Assembly (NCBI GenBank): GCA_963663995.1 | Contig: OY760660.1 | Location: forward strand, 120,001-152,000 | DNA length: 32,000 bases | Direction of reading: 5' to 3' | Source: Erysipelotrichaceae bacterium | GTDB taxonomy: Bacteria > Bacillota_I > Bacilli_A > Erysipelotrichales > Erysipelotrichaceae | In this document: positions 8,782-16,716 of the stretch, piece after piece | Layout: every line of letters starts with the position of its first letter | Position numbering within the stretch: position 1 is the stretch's first letter | Position numbers and translations under genes: made by a program | Notes under the pieces: model-generated | The model's database searches: none | What the model saw: the letters and a program-made list of their open reading frames with translations, nothing else | What the model was told of the DNA's origin: nothing

Positions 8782-9455
8782 ATGGAGAAGACAACATTTA
8801 AAGATTTAACTGTTTTATTAGTGAAAATCGTAGCGAAGATTAATGAATACGTTGAAGAACATCAACGTAGAAGTGCAGTTGCAGCTTATTTTATTGGTAA
8901 AGAAATGAACTTATCCAATAAAGAACTCAGAGATGTTGTTATTGCGACCTCAATTCATGATGTTGGTGTTCTATCTTTAGAAGAGAGAGATGTCGTCATG
9001 AGTGAAGATGATTCACAATCAGAAGCACATTGCTTATTGGGATATGAGATGTTGTCATCTTTCAAACCATTTGAAGCGATTGCTCAAATCATCCGCTATC
9101 ACCATGCACATTATTTTGAAGGTGAACACATTGAAGACTTTAATAAAGGAAGTCTATATTGTTCACTTAGCTCATCGTATAGATACACACATTGCCCCCA
9201 AACATGTATATCTTGACTCAAAAAGATCGTATATCTAATTTGATTGAAGAACATGTCGGATCTGTTTTTGATCCAGATGCTTTTGATGCTTTCATTGCTG
9301 TTTCTAATAAAGAAAAATTTTGGACAGATATTATGGACATGAGTATTGAAGGCTTATTTGATCAATTAAACTGTGAAGACAATGTAGAAATTGATTTAGA
9401 AACACTGGCTGGTTTTGTGAAAACACTAAGCAATATTGTTGATCTAAGAAACTAA
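8782..9455 (+). pseudogene. truncated and frameshifted paralog of the HD/HD-GYP protein at 16717-17973 (N-terminal HD-like half only)
   Basis: Collinear by eye with residues 1-224 of the 418-aa paralog ('HQRRSAVAAYFIGKEMNLSNKEL...SIHDVGVLSLEERD' versus 'HHRRVAVASYHIGKKLNLSNEDL...SLHDIGALSVQERD'). Three frames are needed: a shift near 9148-9149 (GG) and a shift in the C5 run at 9195-9199. It stops at 'IVDLRN*', where the paralog continues 'IVDFRSQFTASHSY...' into the HD-GYP domain. Confidence 0.8.
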
Positions 9456-9461
9456 TTATTT

Positions 9462-9488
9462 AAACAAGCATATAGTGCTTGTTTTTTT
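9462..9488 (+). terminator. rho-independent terminator
   Basis: AAACAAGCA (9462-9470) / TGCTTGTTT (9476-9484), loop TATAG, followed by TTTT. Confidence 0.75.
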
Positions 9489-9491
9489 GTT

Positions 9492-9519
9492 TTGAAGATT
9501 GAGGTGACTAAACTATAAT
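9492..9519 (+). promoter_or_regulatory. sigma-70-type promoter candidate for acyP/tex
   Basis: TTGAAG (9492-9497), a 16-nt spacer, then a perfect TATAAT (9514-9519). Only 9 nt separate the -10 element from the acyP ATG at 9529. Confidence 0.45.
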
Positions 9520-9528
9520 AAACATAGA

Positions 9529-9813
9529 ATGAGTCAAACAATACAAACAAAGAAAATTGTTCTAAGTGGATTTGTCCAAGGTGTGGGTATGCGCTATTTT
9601 ATTAGTCATACGGCTGAAAGTAATCAAATTAATGGGACAGTTCAAAATCTAAGTAATGGTGATGTTGAATGTATTGCCCAAGGGACAGTATTACATTTGA
9701 ATCAATTTATTGAAGATATTCAAAGTAGTCATCCGGGTGTAATAGATTCTTTTAATGTAAGTGAATTGTTTCAAGCTGAACCATATGATCACTTTGATGT
9801 AAAGATATATTAA
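9529..9813 (+). CDS. acyP: acylphosphatase
   Basis: 94 aa. Contains the acylphosphatase signature 'VLSGFVQGVGMRYF' (consensus V.G.VQGVGFR) and 'NLSNGDVECIAQG' (second signature). Confidence 0.85.
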   Translation: MSQTIQTKKIVLSGFVQGVGMRYFISHTAESNQINGTVQNLSNGDVECIAQGTVLHLNQFIEDIQSSHPGVIDSFNVSELFQAEPYDHFDVKIY

Positions 9814-9937
9814 ACAATCTTACAATATATAGATGAATGACATGGATAGGTGTAAATCTTATCTTTTTTTAACGTTTTCGAAGCGTAGACTCTCATGTGA
9901 AATGGTAAAATATAAGTCCACATTAGAAGAGGAATTT

Positions 9938-12079
9938 ATGGAACATTTAATTGATATTATTGCCGCTAAACTGAAAATTTCAGCGAGCCAAGTTAAAAAC
10001 ACACTTAACTTATTAGAAGAGGGAAATACCATTCCCTTTATTGCTCGATATCGTAAAGAGATAACTAAGAATCTAGATGAAGAACAAATCCGTTATATTG
10101 ATGAACAATATCGTTACCAAAAGAATTTATTAGAACGTAAAGAAGATGTTAAACGTTTAATTGAAGCACAAGGTAAATTAACAGAAGAACTCATAGCACA
10201 GATTGATGGATGTGTGACTTTAGCGCAGGTTGAAGATATCTATCGACCATACAAACAAAAGAAGAAAACAAGGGCAACTGATGCCATCGCAAAAGGACTA
10301 GAACCTTTAGCAGATTGGATATTAACTTGTCCTACCTATGGATCTGTTGAAGTAGAAGCAAAGAAATATCTAAGTGATAAAGTAGAAAGCATCGAAGAAG
10401 CACTTCAAGGAGCAAAAGATATTATTGCTGAAAAAGTCAGTGATGATGCGAAACTTAGAGATCTGATTAGAGAAATGATTTTCACAGAATCACGCTGTCT
10501 TACTAAACTTAAAAAGAATGCAGAAGATAGTGATAAAAAGTACAAAGTTTATTATGACTATAAAGAAAGAGTTTCATCGATTGCACCTCATCGAATTATG
10601 GCCATTAACCGTGGTGAAAAAGAAAAAATCTTAGATGTTTCTTTAGACTACAATAAAGAACGTTTTGCAAGATATGCATTTAATCAATTAACCCGTAAGA
10701 GAGAGTGTATTGTTAATGATTTAATTGAAGATGCGGTTAATGATGGTTTAAAGCGTTTAGTCTATCCATCCCTTGAAAGAGAATGTCGATCAAACTTAAC
10801 TGAGAATGCACAAGAAAAATCAATTGATGTTTTCTCATCAAATTTAGAACACCTACTCTTACAAACACCGATGAAAGATGCTTTGATACTCGGTTTAGAT
10901 CCGGCTTATAGAACAGGCTGTAAACTAGCTGTAATTGATCAAACAGGAAAACTACTTCACATTGATAAAATCTATCCACATCAACCTGTGAATAAAGTTG
11001 AAGAAGCGAAAAAGAAAACAATTGAGCTTCTTAAGAAATATAAAATTAATTTAATTGCGATTGGTAATGGAACAGCATCACGAGAATCTGAAATGTTTAT
11101 TGCTGATATCTTGAAAGATAATCAAGATATCAATGCTCAATATGCAATCGTATCTGAAGCTGGCGCATCAGTCTATAGTGCAGGTGATGTTGCACGCGCA
11201 GAATTTCCAGATTTACAAGTTGAAGAAAGATCAGCTGTATCCATCGCTAGACGTTTACTTGATCCATTATCAGAACTGATTAAAATTGATCCTAAATCGA
11301 TTGGGGTTGGCCAATATCAACATGATTTGGCTCCATCAAGACTTCAAGAACGTTTAGATTTTGCGATTACCAAAACAGTAAATCGAATTGGGGTTGATGT
11401 GAATACAGCTAGTCCTGATTTACTTCAACATATTTCTGGATTAAATAAAAAAGTTGCTCAATCAATTGTTGATTATAGAAACGATCATGGTTTATTTAAA
11501 TCGAGAAAAGAATTAAATAAAGTAAAAGGTTTAGGTGATAAAGCGTTTACTCAAGCAGCTGGTTTCTTACGGATTGCTAAAGCTAAGAATGAACTAGATG
11601 CCACAGCAATTCATCCTGAAAGTTACGATTTAACACTTCAACTGATGAAAGATTTAAAAATTGATTCATTAGTAACTCAAGCAAGCATAAATATTAATCA
11701 AGAAGATATTGCATCGATTGCTTCACGTTTAAATTCTGATGTTTATACAGTGAGTGATATTCTACAAATCCTATCTAATCCCTTTAGAGATTATCGTGAT
11801 TCATTTGATGGGCCACTCTTGCATAAAGATATCGTTAAGTTAGAAGACTTAAGTACAGGGATGAAACTTGAAGGAACGGTGCGTAATGTAACAGACTTTG
11901 GAGCCTTCGTTGACATTGGCTTAAAGAATGATGGACTCGTTCATATATCAAAACTTAGTAAAGAGCGTATTCAATCACCTTATGATGTTGTTTCAGTTGG
12001 GGATATTGTTAGTGTAACTGTTATAAATATTGATCTTGAACGCCATAAAGTATCACTAAGTTTAATTGAAAACGATTAA
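9938..12079 (+). CDS. tex: Tex-family transcription accessory protein (YqgF/HhH/S1 domains)
   Basis: The start was moved to the Met at 9938, which has a GAAGAGGAA RBS. The N-terminus 'MEHLIDIIAAKLKISASQVKNTLNLLEEGNTIPFIARYRKE' is the classic Tex N-terminus. The protein has a YqgF-like region 'ILGLDPAYRTGCKLAVID', an HhH region, and a C-terminal S1 domain 'GTVRNVTDFGAFVDIGLKNDGLVHISKLS'. Confidence 0.9.
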   Translation: MEHLIDIIAAKLKISASQVKNTLNLLEEGNTIPFIARYRKEITKNLDEEQIRYIDEQYRYQKNLLERKEDVKRLIEAQGKLTEELIAQIDGCVTLAQVEDIYRPYKQKKKTRATDAIAKGLEPLADWILTCPTYGSVEVEAKKYLSDKVESIEEALQGAKDIIAEKVSDDAKLRDLIREMIFTESRCLTKLKKNAEDSDKKYKVYYDYKERVSSIAPHRIMAINRGEKEKILDVSLDYNKERFARYAFNQLTRKRECIVNDLIEDAVNDGLKRLVYPSLERECRSNLTENAQEKSIDVFSSNLEHLLLQTPMKDALILGLDPAYRTGCKLAVIDQTGKLLHIDKIYPHQPVNKVEEAKKKTIELLKKYKINLIAIGNGTASRESEMFIADILKDNQDINAQYAIVSEAGASVYSAGDVARAEFPDLQVEERSAVSIARRLLDPLSELIKIDPKSIGVGQYQHDLAPSRLQERLDFAITKTVNRIGVDVNTASPDLLQHISGLNKKVAQSIVDYRNDHGLFKSRKELNKVKGLGDKAFTQAAGFLRIAKAKNELDATAIHPESYDLTLQLMKDLKIDSLVTQASININQEDIASIASRLNSDVYTVSDILQILSNPFRDYRDSFDGPLLHKDIVKLEDLSTGMKLEGTVRNVTDFGAFVDIGLKNDGLVHISKLSKERIQSPYDVVSVGDIVSVTVINIDLERHKVSLSLIEND

Positions 12080-12103
12080 ATTAAAAAGATAGAGCATATT
12101 AAA

Positions 12104-12131
12104 TGCACATATATTAAGATTCATTTATAAT
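12104..12131 (+). promoter_or_regulatory. promoter candidate for the small flavoprotein gene
   Basis: TGCACA (12104-12109), a 16-nt spacer, then a perfect TATAAT (12126-12131). A TAGGAGA RBS lies at 12166-12172. Confidence 0.35.
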
Positions 12132-12180
12132 CGAACACATGTAGTTAAAAAGATATTTAATCAAATAGGAGAAATAAAAA

Positions 12181-12783
12181 ATGTCAAAGTATGATGTCGT
12201 TATTATTGGTGGTGGTGCTTCAGGTTTATCTGCAGCAATCACTCTAGGTTCAGGTGCAGAAAAATTAGAATTTGTAGCTGATAAAAAAGTATTAGTAGTA
12301 GATGCTGGTAAATCACATTTAAAAGCTGCTCAATTATTCAATGCTGCTGGTGTTGAAAAAGGTGCTAAAGGTGTTGAACTATTAGCTGGTCTACGTGAAA
12401 GAGCTACTAGCTATCCAAATATTGAAGTTGTCGATGGAACAGTTAAAGCTGTATCTGGTAGTGCTGGTGCATTCAAAGTAAGTACTGAAGAAGTTGAATA
12501 TGATGCAGCTATCGTAGTATTTGCTACAGGTATGGCAACAATTGAAATCGACGGATTAGGAGCAAACATTGTTCCAAACAAACGTGCGACTAAACCTAAC
12601 ACTTGGATGATTGAAGGATCTGAGAGTGGAAGTATCGCTGAAGGTAAATATGTAACTGGTGTAGCTACTGGCGCATCAAGCATGTTCACTGTTGCAGCAG
12701 GTCTAGGTGCACAAACCGCAACAGACATCATTAGTTCATGGACTGACAAATATGTTGTTATCCATGATGTAAATAAAGGTTAA
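12181..12783 (+). CDS. short FAD-binding (TrxR-like FAD domain only) flavoprotein, Cys-free
   Basis: 200 aa. N-terminal dinucleotide fold 'YDVVIIGGGASGLSAAITLG', a 'VVFATG' strand, and a C-terminal 'KYVTGVATGASSMFTVAAGLGAQTATDI' FAD-closing region. There is no second Rossmann (NADPH) module and no cysteine. Own RBS and strong terminator. Codon usage is visibly biased. Confidence 0.7.
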   Translation: MSKYDVVIIGGGASGLSAAITLGSGAEKLEFVADKKVLVVDAGKSHLKAAQLFNAAGVEKGAKGVELLAGLRERATSYPNIEVVDGTVKAVSGSAGAFKVSTEEVEYDAAIVVFATGMATIEIDGLGANIVPNKRATKPNTWMIEGSESGSIAEGKYVTGVATGASSMFTVAAGLGAQTATDIISSWTDKYVVIHDVNKG

Positions 12784-12796
12784 TTCACTTATATTT

Positions 12797-12829
12797 AAAA
12801 ACATCCAGTCAATGATTGGGTGTTTTTTT
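12797..12829 (+). terminator. rho-independent terminator
   Basis: AAAAACATCCA (12797-12807) / TGGGTGTTTTT (12817-12827) with one G-U pair, loop GTCAATGAT, and a T7 run. Confidence 0.75.
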
Positions 12830-12888
12830 GTGTTTATGGTATAAATAGTGGTATGCAATCCTTTTATATTGATGAAGCACTGATTTAT

Positions 12889-13110
12889 ATGAAGCAAGGG
12901 GAAATCGTTAAAACGATTAATCAACCATATTTTTACTTTATCTTACTAGAAAGTAAAATTATAGTGACAAACGAAAACTCACGCTCTCACATTAATGTAG
13001 AAACGTTTAAAGCACTTTATGAATTTGAAAAATTTGCTTTACATAAAACTGAAAAAGAAGAAGAAATTAGTTTGGAAAAAGATAAAGAATATTATTCTTG
13101 GAAACAATAA
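12889..13110 (+). CDS. hypothetical small protein (doubtful)
   Basis: The ORF is open from 12820, but its first codons overlap the terminator stem. Internal Met codons at 12853 and 12889 lack a convincing SD. No recognisable motif. The C-terminal part is rich in Lys/Glu. Confidence 0.25.
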   Translation: MKQGEIVKTINQPYFYFILLESKIIVTNENSRSHINVETFKALYEFEKFALHKTEKEEEISLEKDKEYYSWKQ

Positions 13111-15141
13111 TTATCTTCCTCGTATAACTTCAGCTGGATCTAATAAATTAATATGATGGGTCAATGTAAAGACAAGCGTTAAAAAGACAGCCATTAATAT
13201 AAAGAAGACTTCTATGATGTGATTGATTCCAAATGAAAATAAGTTGATATTTGTATAAAAGATATGACTATCTATAAAATGCATCTTTATGGCAAAATTT
13301 AAGATATCTATCATAGATGGAACCATTACAATAACTAAAGATAAAATCATTAAACCTAAAACAATGGCTTCTATCCAGAAGATTTTTTGTATTTGGCGCA
13401 TTCCTAAACCTAGACTTCTTAAAATCCCGATCGTTTTTCTTCGATAAGCAATTGAATGAGAAATACTGTAACCCAAGAAAATGAGTGCGATATATCCCAT
13501 TAAAGGTACTAACATACCCATTAATAATGTTAATTGATAACGTGTATAAACATTGATTCGATCATCACTAGCCGGAAGAATATTGATTTTGTCGACAGTT
13601 TCTAAATCGGCAAGCAGTGATTCAACGTCTGTTTTATCACTAAAGCGGATCCCATAAGTTTGTGTTACACGCTCAATTGTTTGATTTAAGTTGAAATCAT
13701 TTGAGGTATAAATGAGTGGGATATTACTCAATATTGAGATATTTTCGCCTGACATTAAAACAACTTTTTCAACAAGAATGCCAACGATTTTAAATTGATT
13801 TAAGCCTTTAATGTTTATAATATTTTCAGCTTGAATAAAGTCATTTAAATCTTTATGATCAGGCATTATTAAATCTAATAATTGACTTGAGATAACGATT
13901 TCATCACTTGTTTGAGGAAGACGTCCGATAAGATTAGAACGAGTATTTTCCAAAATTTTAGCACTTGTAAAACTTAAAACAGCTTGATCTATCTTATTTA
14001 AATTTTCTTCATTAATATTAATCATCCAATCATGTTGGGTAATTGTGTCATGTTCAATATCAGAAATTTCTAATAACTGCTCATCCATCAGTATATGAGT
14101 TCTTGGATAAAAGGATGCATCATGTTTATTTGCAATGTTGTTCAATTCAGCACGAACAAGTAAATTGATGTGTTTGTCTTCAATTATTTTAGAGGGATCG
14201 TAGAATTGTAAAGAGCGTAAATTAAATGTTTCAGTGATTAAGATTTGATCTTGTTGACTTGCCTCAATGATTCTAGCATTCATTTCACTTGTCGCATAAA
14301 GAGATGTATAGATGGAACTAAGTATGGCAACTAAAAAGGAAACGATAATAGCACTTACAGCAATACGTACTTTATTATGGATAAGATTTCCAATTCCTAA
14401 TTTAAAGGTTAAGGATAAAGGTAGTTTTGCAGCTTTTGTGTAGGTTTGATAAAGTGAATCATCACCATAGGTTTGACCACTATCATCGATTACTTTGCCA
14501 TCAGCTAGTTCAATGATTCGATCTGCAAATTGATGCGCATATTCAGTGTCATGAGAAACAACTAAAACTAAACGATCTTTTGAGAATTTCTTCAATAAAT
14601 TAAAAATTGCGATGGATGTTTCAGAATCTAAATTACCGGTTGGCTCATCTGCACATAAAATGGCAGGATCCTTAATTAAAGCTCTGGCTATCGCAACTCT
14701 TTGTTTTTGACCACCAGAAAGTTCTGATATTTTACGATGTTCTAGACCATATAATTCGACATCACTTAAAACTTTTAAAATCATTTCTTCGGTATAAGCT
14801 TTTTTTTGTAATCTTAATGGGAGGGCAATATTTTCATAGACTGTATAGTCAGCGATTAAGTGATAAGCTTGAAAAATGAAACCGATATACTGATTACGAT
14901 AGCGCGATAAATGTTCATCATTAAATCGCTTTAATTCAATATCATCAAATAATATTTTTGAACTATTCGCATTATCTAATCCACCAATAATTGACAGTAA
15001 GGTCGTTTTTCCTGATCCACTTTTACCATGAATGAAAACTAAACCTTTTGAACCAAACTTAAGATTAACTTTATCTAATGCTTTTAATGGTTGGGCATTA
15101 CGTGATTGATAGATTTTTGAGGCATTTTTTATTTCAATCAT
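13111..15141 (-). CDS. fused ABC transporter ATP-binding / FtsX-type permease protein (MacB-like) with a large extracytoplasmic domain
   Basis: 676 aa. Walker A 'GKSGSGKTT', signature 'LSGGQKQR', Walker B 'ILCADEPTGNLD', H-loop 'VVSHD'. TM1 is 'IAVSAIIVSFLVAILSSIY', followed by about 270 aa of hydrophilic loop and then three TMs carrying the FtsX signature 'RRKTIGILRSLGLGMRQIQKIFWIEA'. Confidence 0.85.
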   Translation of the reverse strand: MIEIKNASKIYQSRNAQPLKALDKVNLKFGSKGLVFIHGKSGSGKTTLLSIIGGLDNANSSKILFDDIELKRFNDEHLSRYRNQYIGFIFQAYHLIADYTVYENIALPLRLQKKAYTEEMILKVLSDVELYGLEHRKISELSGGQKQRVAIARALIKDPAILCADEPTGNLDSETSIAIFNLLKKFSKDRLVLVVSHDTEYAHQFADRIIELADGKVIDDSGQTYGDDSLYQTYTKAAKLPLSLTFKLGIGNLIHNKVRIAVSAIIVSFLVAILSSIYTSLYATSEMNARIIEASQQDQILITETFNLRSLQFYDPSKIIEDKHINLLVRAELNNIANKHDASFYPRTHILMDEQLLEISDIEHDTITQHDWMININEENLNKIDQAVLSFTSAKILENTRSNLIGRLPQTSDEIVISSQLLDLIMPDHKDLNDFIQAENIINIKGLNQFKIVGILVEKVVLMSGENISILSNIPLIYTSNDFNLNQTIERVTQTYGIRFSDKTDVESLLADLETVDKINILPASDDRINVYTRYQLTLLMGMLVPLMGYIALIFLGYSISHSIAYRRKTIGILRSLGLGMRQIQKIFWIEAIVLGLMILSLVIVMVPSMIDILNFAIKMHFIDSHIFYTNINLFSFGINHIIEVFFILMAVFLTLVFTLTHHINLLDPAEVIRGR

Positions 15142-16470
15142 TTAATCACCCTTTAACACCGTCATAAGTGGAAACTTCTTAAAACGTATCCACAGTAAAC
15201 TTGCACTCAAAAGACTTGTCCCAATAAAAAGTGCTGCAATCACTAAAATAAGATTTTGGATGTTTATCCTAAAGATGAATTCATCTAAAAAGAAGTGATG
15301 ATTTAAGTTAACTGTGTACATAAATGATCCCAATAGTCCGATTGCTAATGAAATAAAATTTATTAAAAATGACTCCCATACAACTAAAATCCAAATATCC
15401 ATGAAACGAGCACCAATAGCTTTATAAATAGAGAACTCTTTAATTCTTTCATCTATTGAAGCAGCTTGAGTTACATAGGATACTGAAATTAAAATTAAGA
15501 TGAGAATCAAATGAACCCACTGTGTGTTTTCTAGGCTTAGATAACGTTGCAGGTTTACAGAAATACTTTCAAGTTGAATAGTTGTGAAAAGACTACTGGT
15601 AAAGACTGTTGGATTTAATATGAATTGAAGATAGGATTGTAAAAGAAACAGTAGAACAAGACTAATTGATAAAATAACTGTTGTCATTAAATTTTGACCA
15701 ATCCGATATCTAATTTGTCTTATAGCATATTTAAAAGCTGAGATGATACTTAATTTTTTATTCGTTAGAATTTGATCTTTTGATTCATAATTATAATCAT
15801 TTTTTATAATGTCTTGCATGACAACACCATCTTTTATAGTTAACAAACGATCTCCAAATTCATTTGCTTCTTCTGGATCGTGGGTCACAACAATAACTAA
15901 TTTTGTTTTAGAGATTTCCTTTAATAGAACTAAAATACTTTGTGCTGTTTTTGTATCTAAATTACCAGTTGGTTCATCGGCTAGGATGAGTTCTGGATCT
16001 TTTATGAGAGCACGTGCGATAGCTAAACGTTGTTTTTGACCACCAGAAAGTTCTGATCCTAAGTGATTTTTATGTTCTTTTAAACCAACCGTTTCAAGAA
16101 GAGAATCAATTTTATCGATATCAACTTTTAAACCTTGAAGTTCTAAAACGAAGGCTAAATTCATTTCAACTGTATAGGCATCAATGATATTGAAATCTTG
16201 GAAAACAAAACCAATGACTTGATTTCTTAATCGAGCTTTTTCAGTATCACTACTATGAGCATAATTTAAATGATTAATGTGAATCTCACCTTGGCTAGGA
16301 TTATCTAAAGTACCCAAACAATTAAGTAGAGTACTTTTACCACTTCCACTTTTCCCCAAAATAAAAACCAATCCTTTATTGGGAAAGGTTAGATTGATAT
16401 CCTTGAGCGCTTCAACTGTAACGCCACTCGCTGTATGATACGTCTTAAATAAATGTGAAACCGTTATCAT
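15142..16470 (-). CDS. fused ABC transporter ATP-binding / FtsX-type permease protein with a minimal extracytoplasmic loop
   Basis: 442 aa. Walker A 'GKSGSGKST', 'LSGGQKQR', 'LILADEPTGNLD', 'VVTHD'. Four C-terminal TMs with only about 30 aa between TM1 and TM2. FtsX signature 'RIKEFSIYKAIGARFMDIWILVVWES'. Its stop TAA directly abuts the ATG of the downstream gene (15144-15139). Confidence 0.85.
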   Translation of the reverse strand: MITVSHLFKTYHTASGVTVEALKDINLTFPNKGLVFILGKSGSGKSTLLNCLGTLDNPSQGEIHINHLNYAHSSDTEKARLRNQVIGFVFQDFNIIDAYTVEMNLAFVLELQGLKVDIDKIDSLLETVGLKEHKNHLGSELSGGQKQRLAIARALIKDPELILADEPTGNLDTKTAQSILVLLKEISKTKLVIVVTHDPEEANEFGDRLLTIKDGVVMQDIIKNDYNYESKDQILTNKKLSIISAFKYAIRQIRYRIGQNLMTTVILSISLVLLFLLQSYLQFILNPTVFTSSLFTTIQLESISVNLQRYLSLENTQWVHLILILILISVSYVTQAASIDERIKEFSIYKAIGARFMDIWILVVWESFLINFISLAIGLLGSFMYTVNLNHHFFLDEFIFRINIQNLILVIAALFIGTSLLSASLLWIRFKKFPLMTVLKGD

Positions 16471-16716
16471 ATATTTTGATTATATCATAAGAAAAAAAGT
16501 TAGATTATAACAATATCAAAACATCAACTAATTTTTATTATTCTTTTTAGTACAATATTTTAATCAAAAATCATTACTTAAATAATATATAAAAAAACGT
16601 AAATAAAACCTTATTAATAGCTATAAATTCGTTTTTGAGTCTATAAGTTTTATAAATACAGGTTTATAGTTAGTGTGTAGTAAGTTACATTTAATATCAT
16701 ACAAAGGAGACTTGTT

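Noticed and set aside
9002-9238. A 78-aa ORF listed as a separate protein.
   Set aside because: Only its last 20 codons or so ('VYIVHLAHRIDTHIAPKHVY') are meaningful. They are the middle frame of the frameshifted HD-domain pseudogene, not an independent gene.
9833-9937. A 35-codon N-terminal extension of tex ('MNDMDRCKSYLF...').
   Set aside because: The canonical Tex N-terminus begins at the Met at 9938, which has its own purine-rich RBS. The extension has no counterpart in the family and starts only 20 nt after acyP.
12411-12749. 112-aa ORF antisense to the flavoprotein gene (also 12736-12924).
   Set aside because: It lies entirely within or overlapping a well-supported sense gene. It stays open because of the strongly biased GCN/GGN/GTN codon usage of the sense strand. 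It has no RBS, and its composition is low-complexity and rich in Ala, Pro, Ser and Thr.
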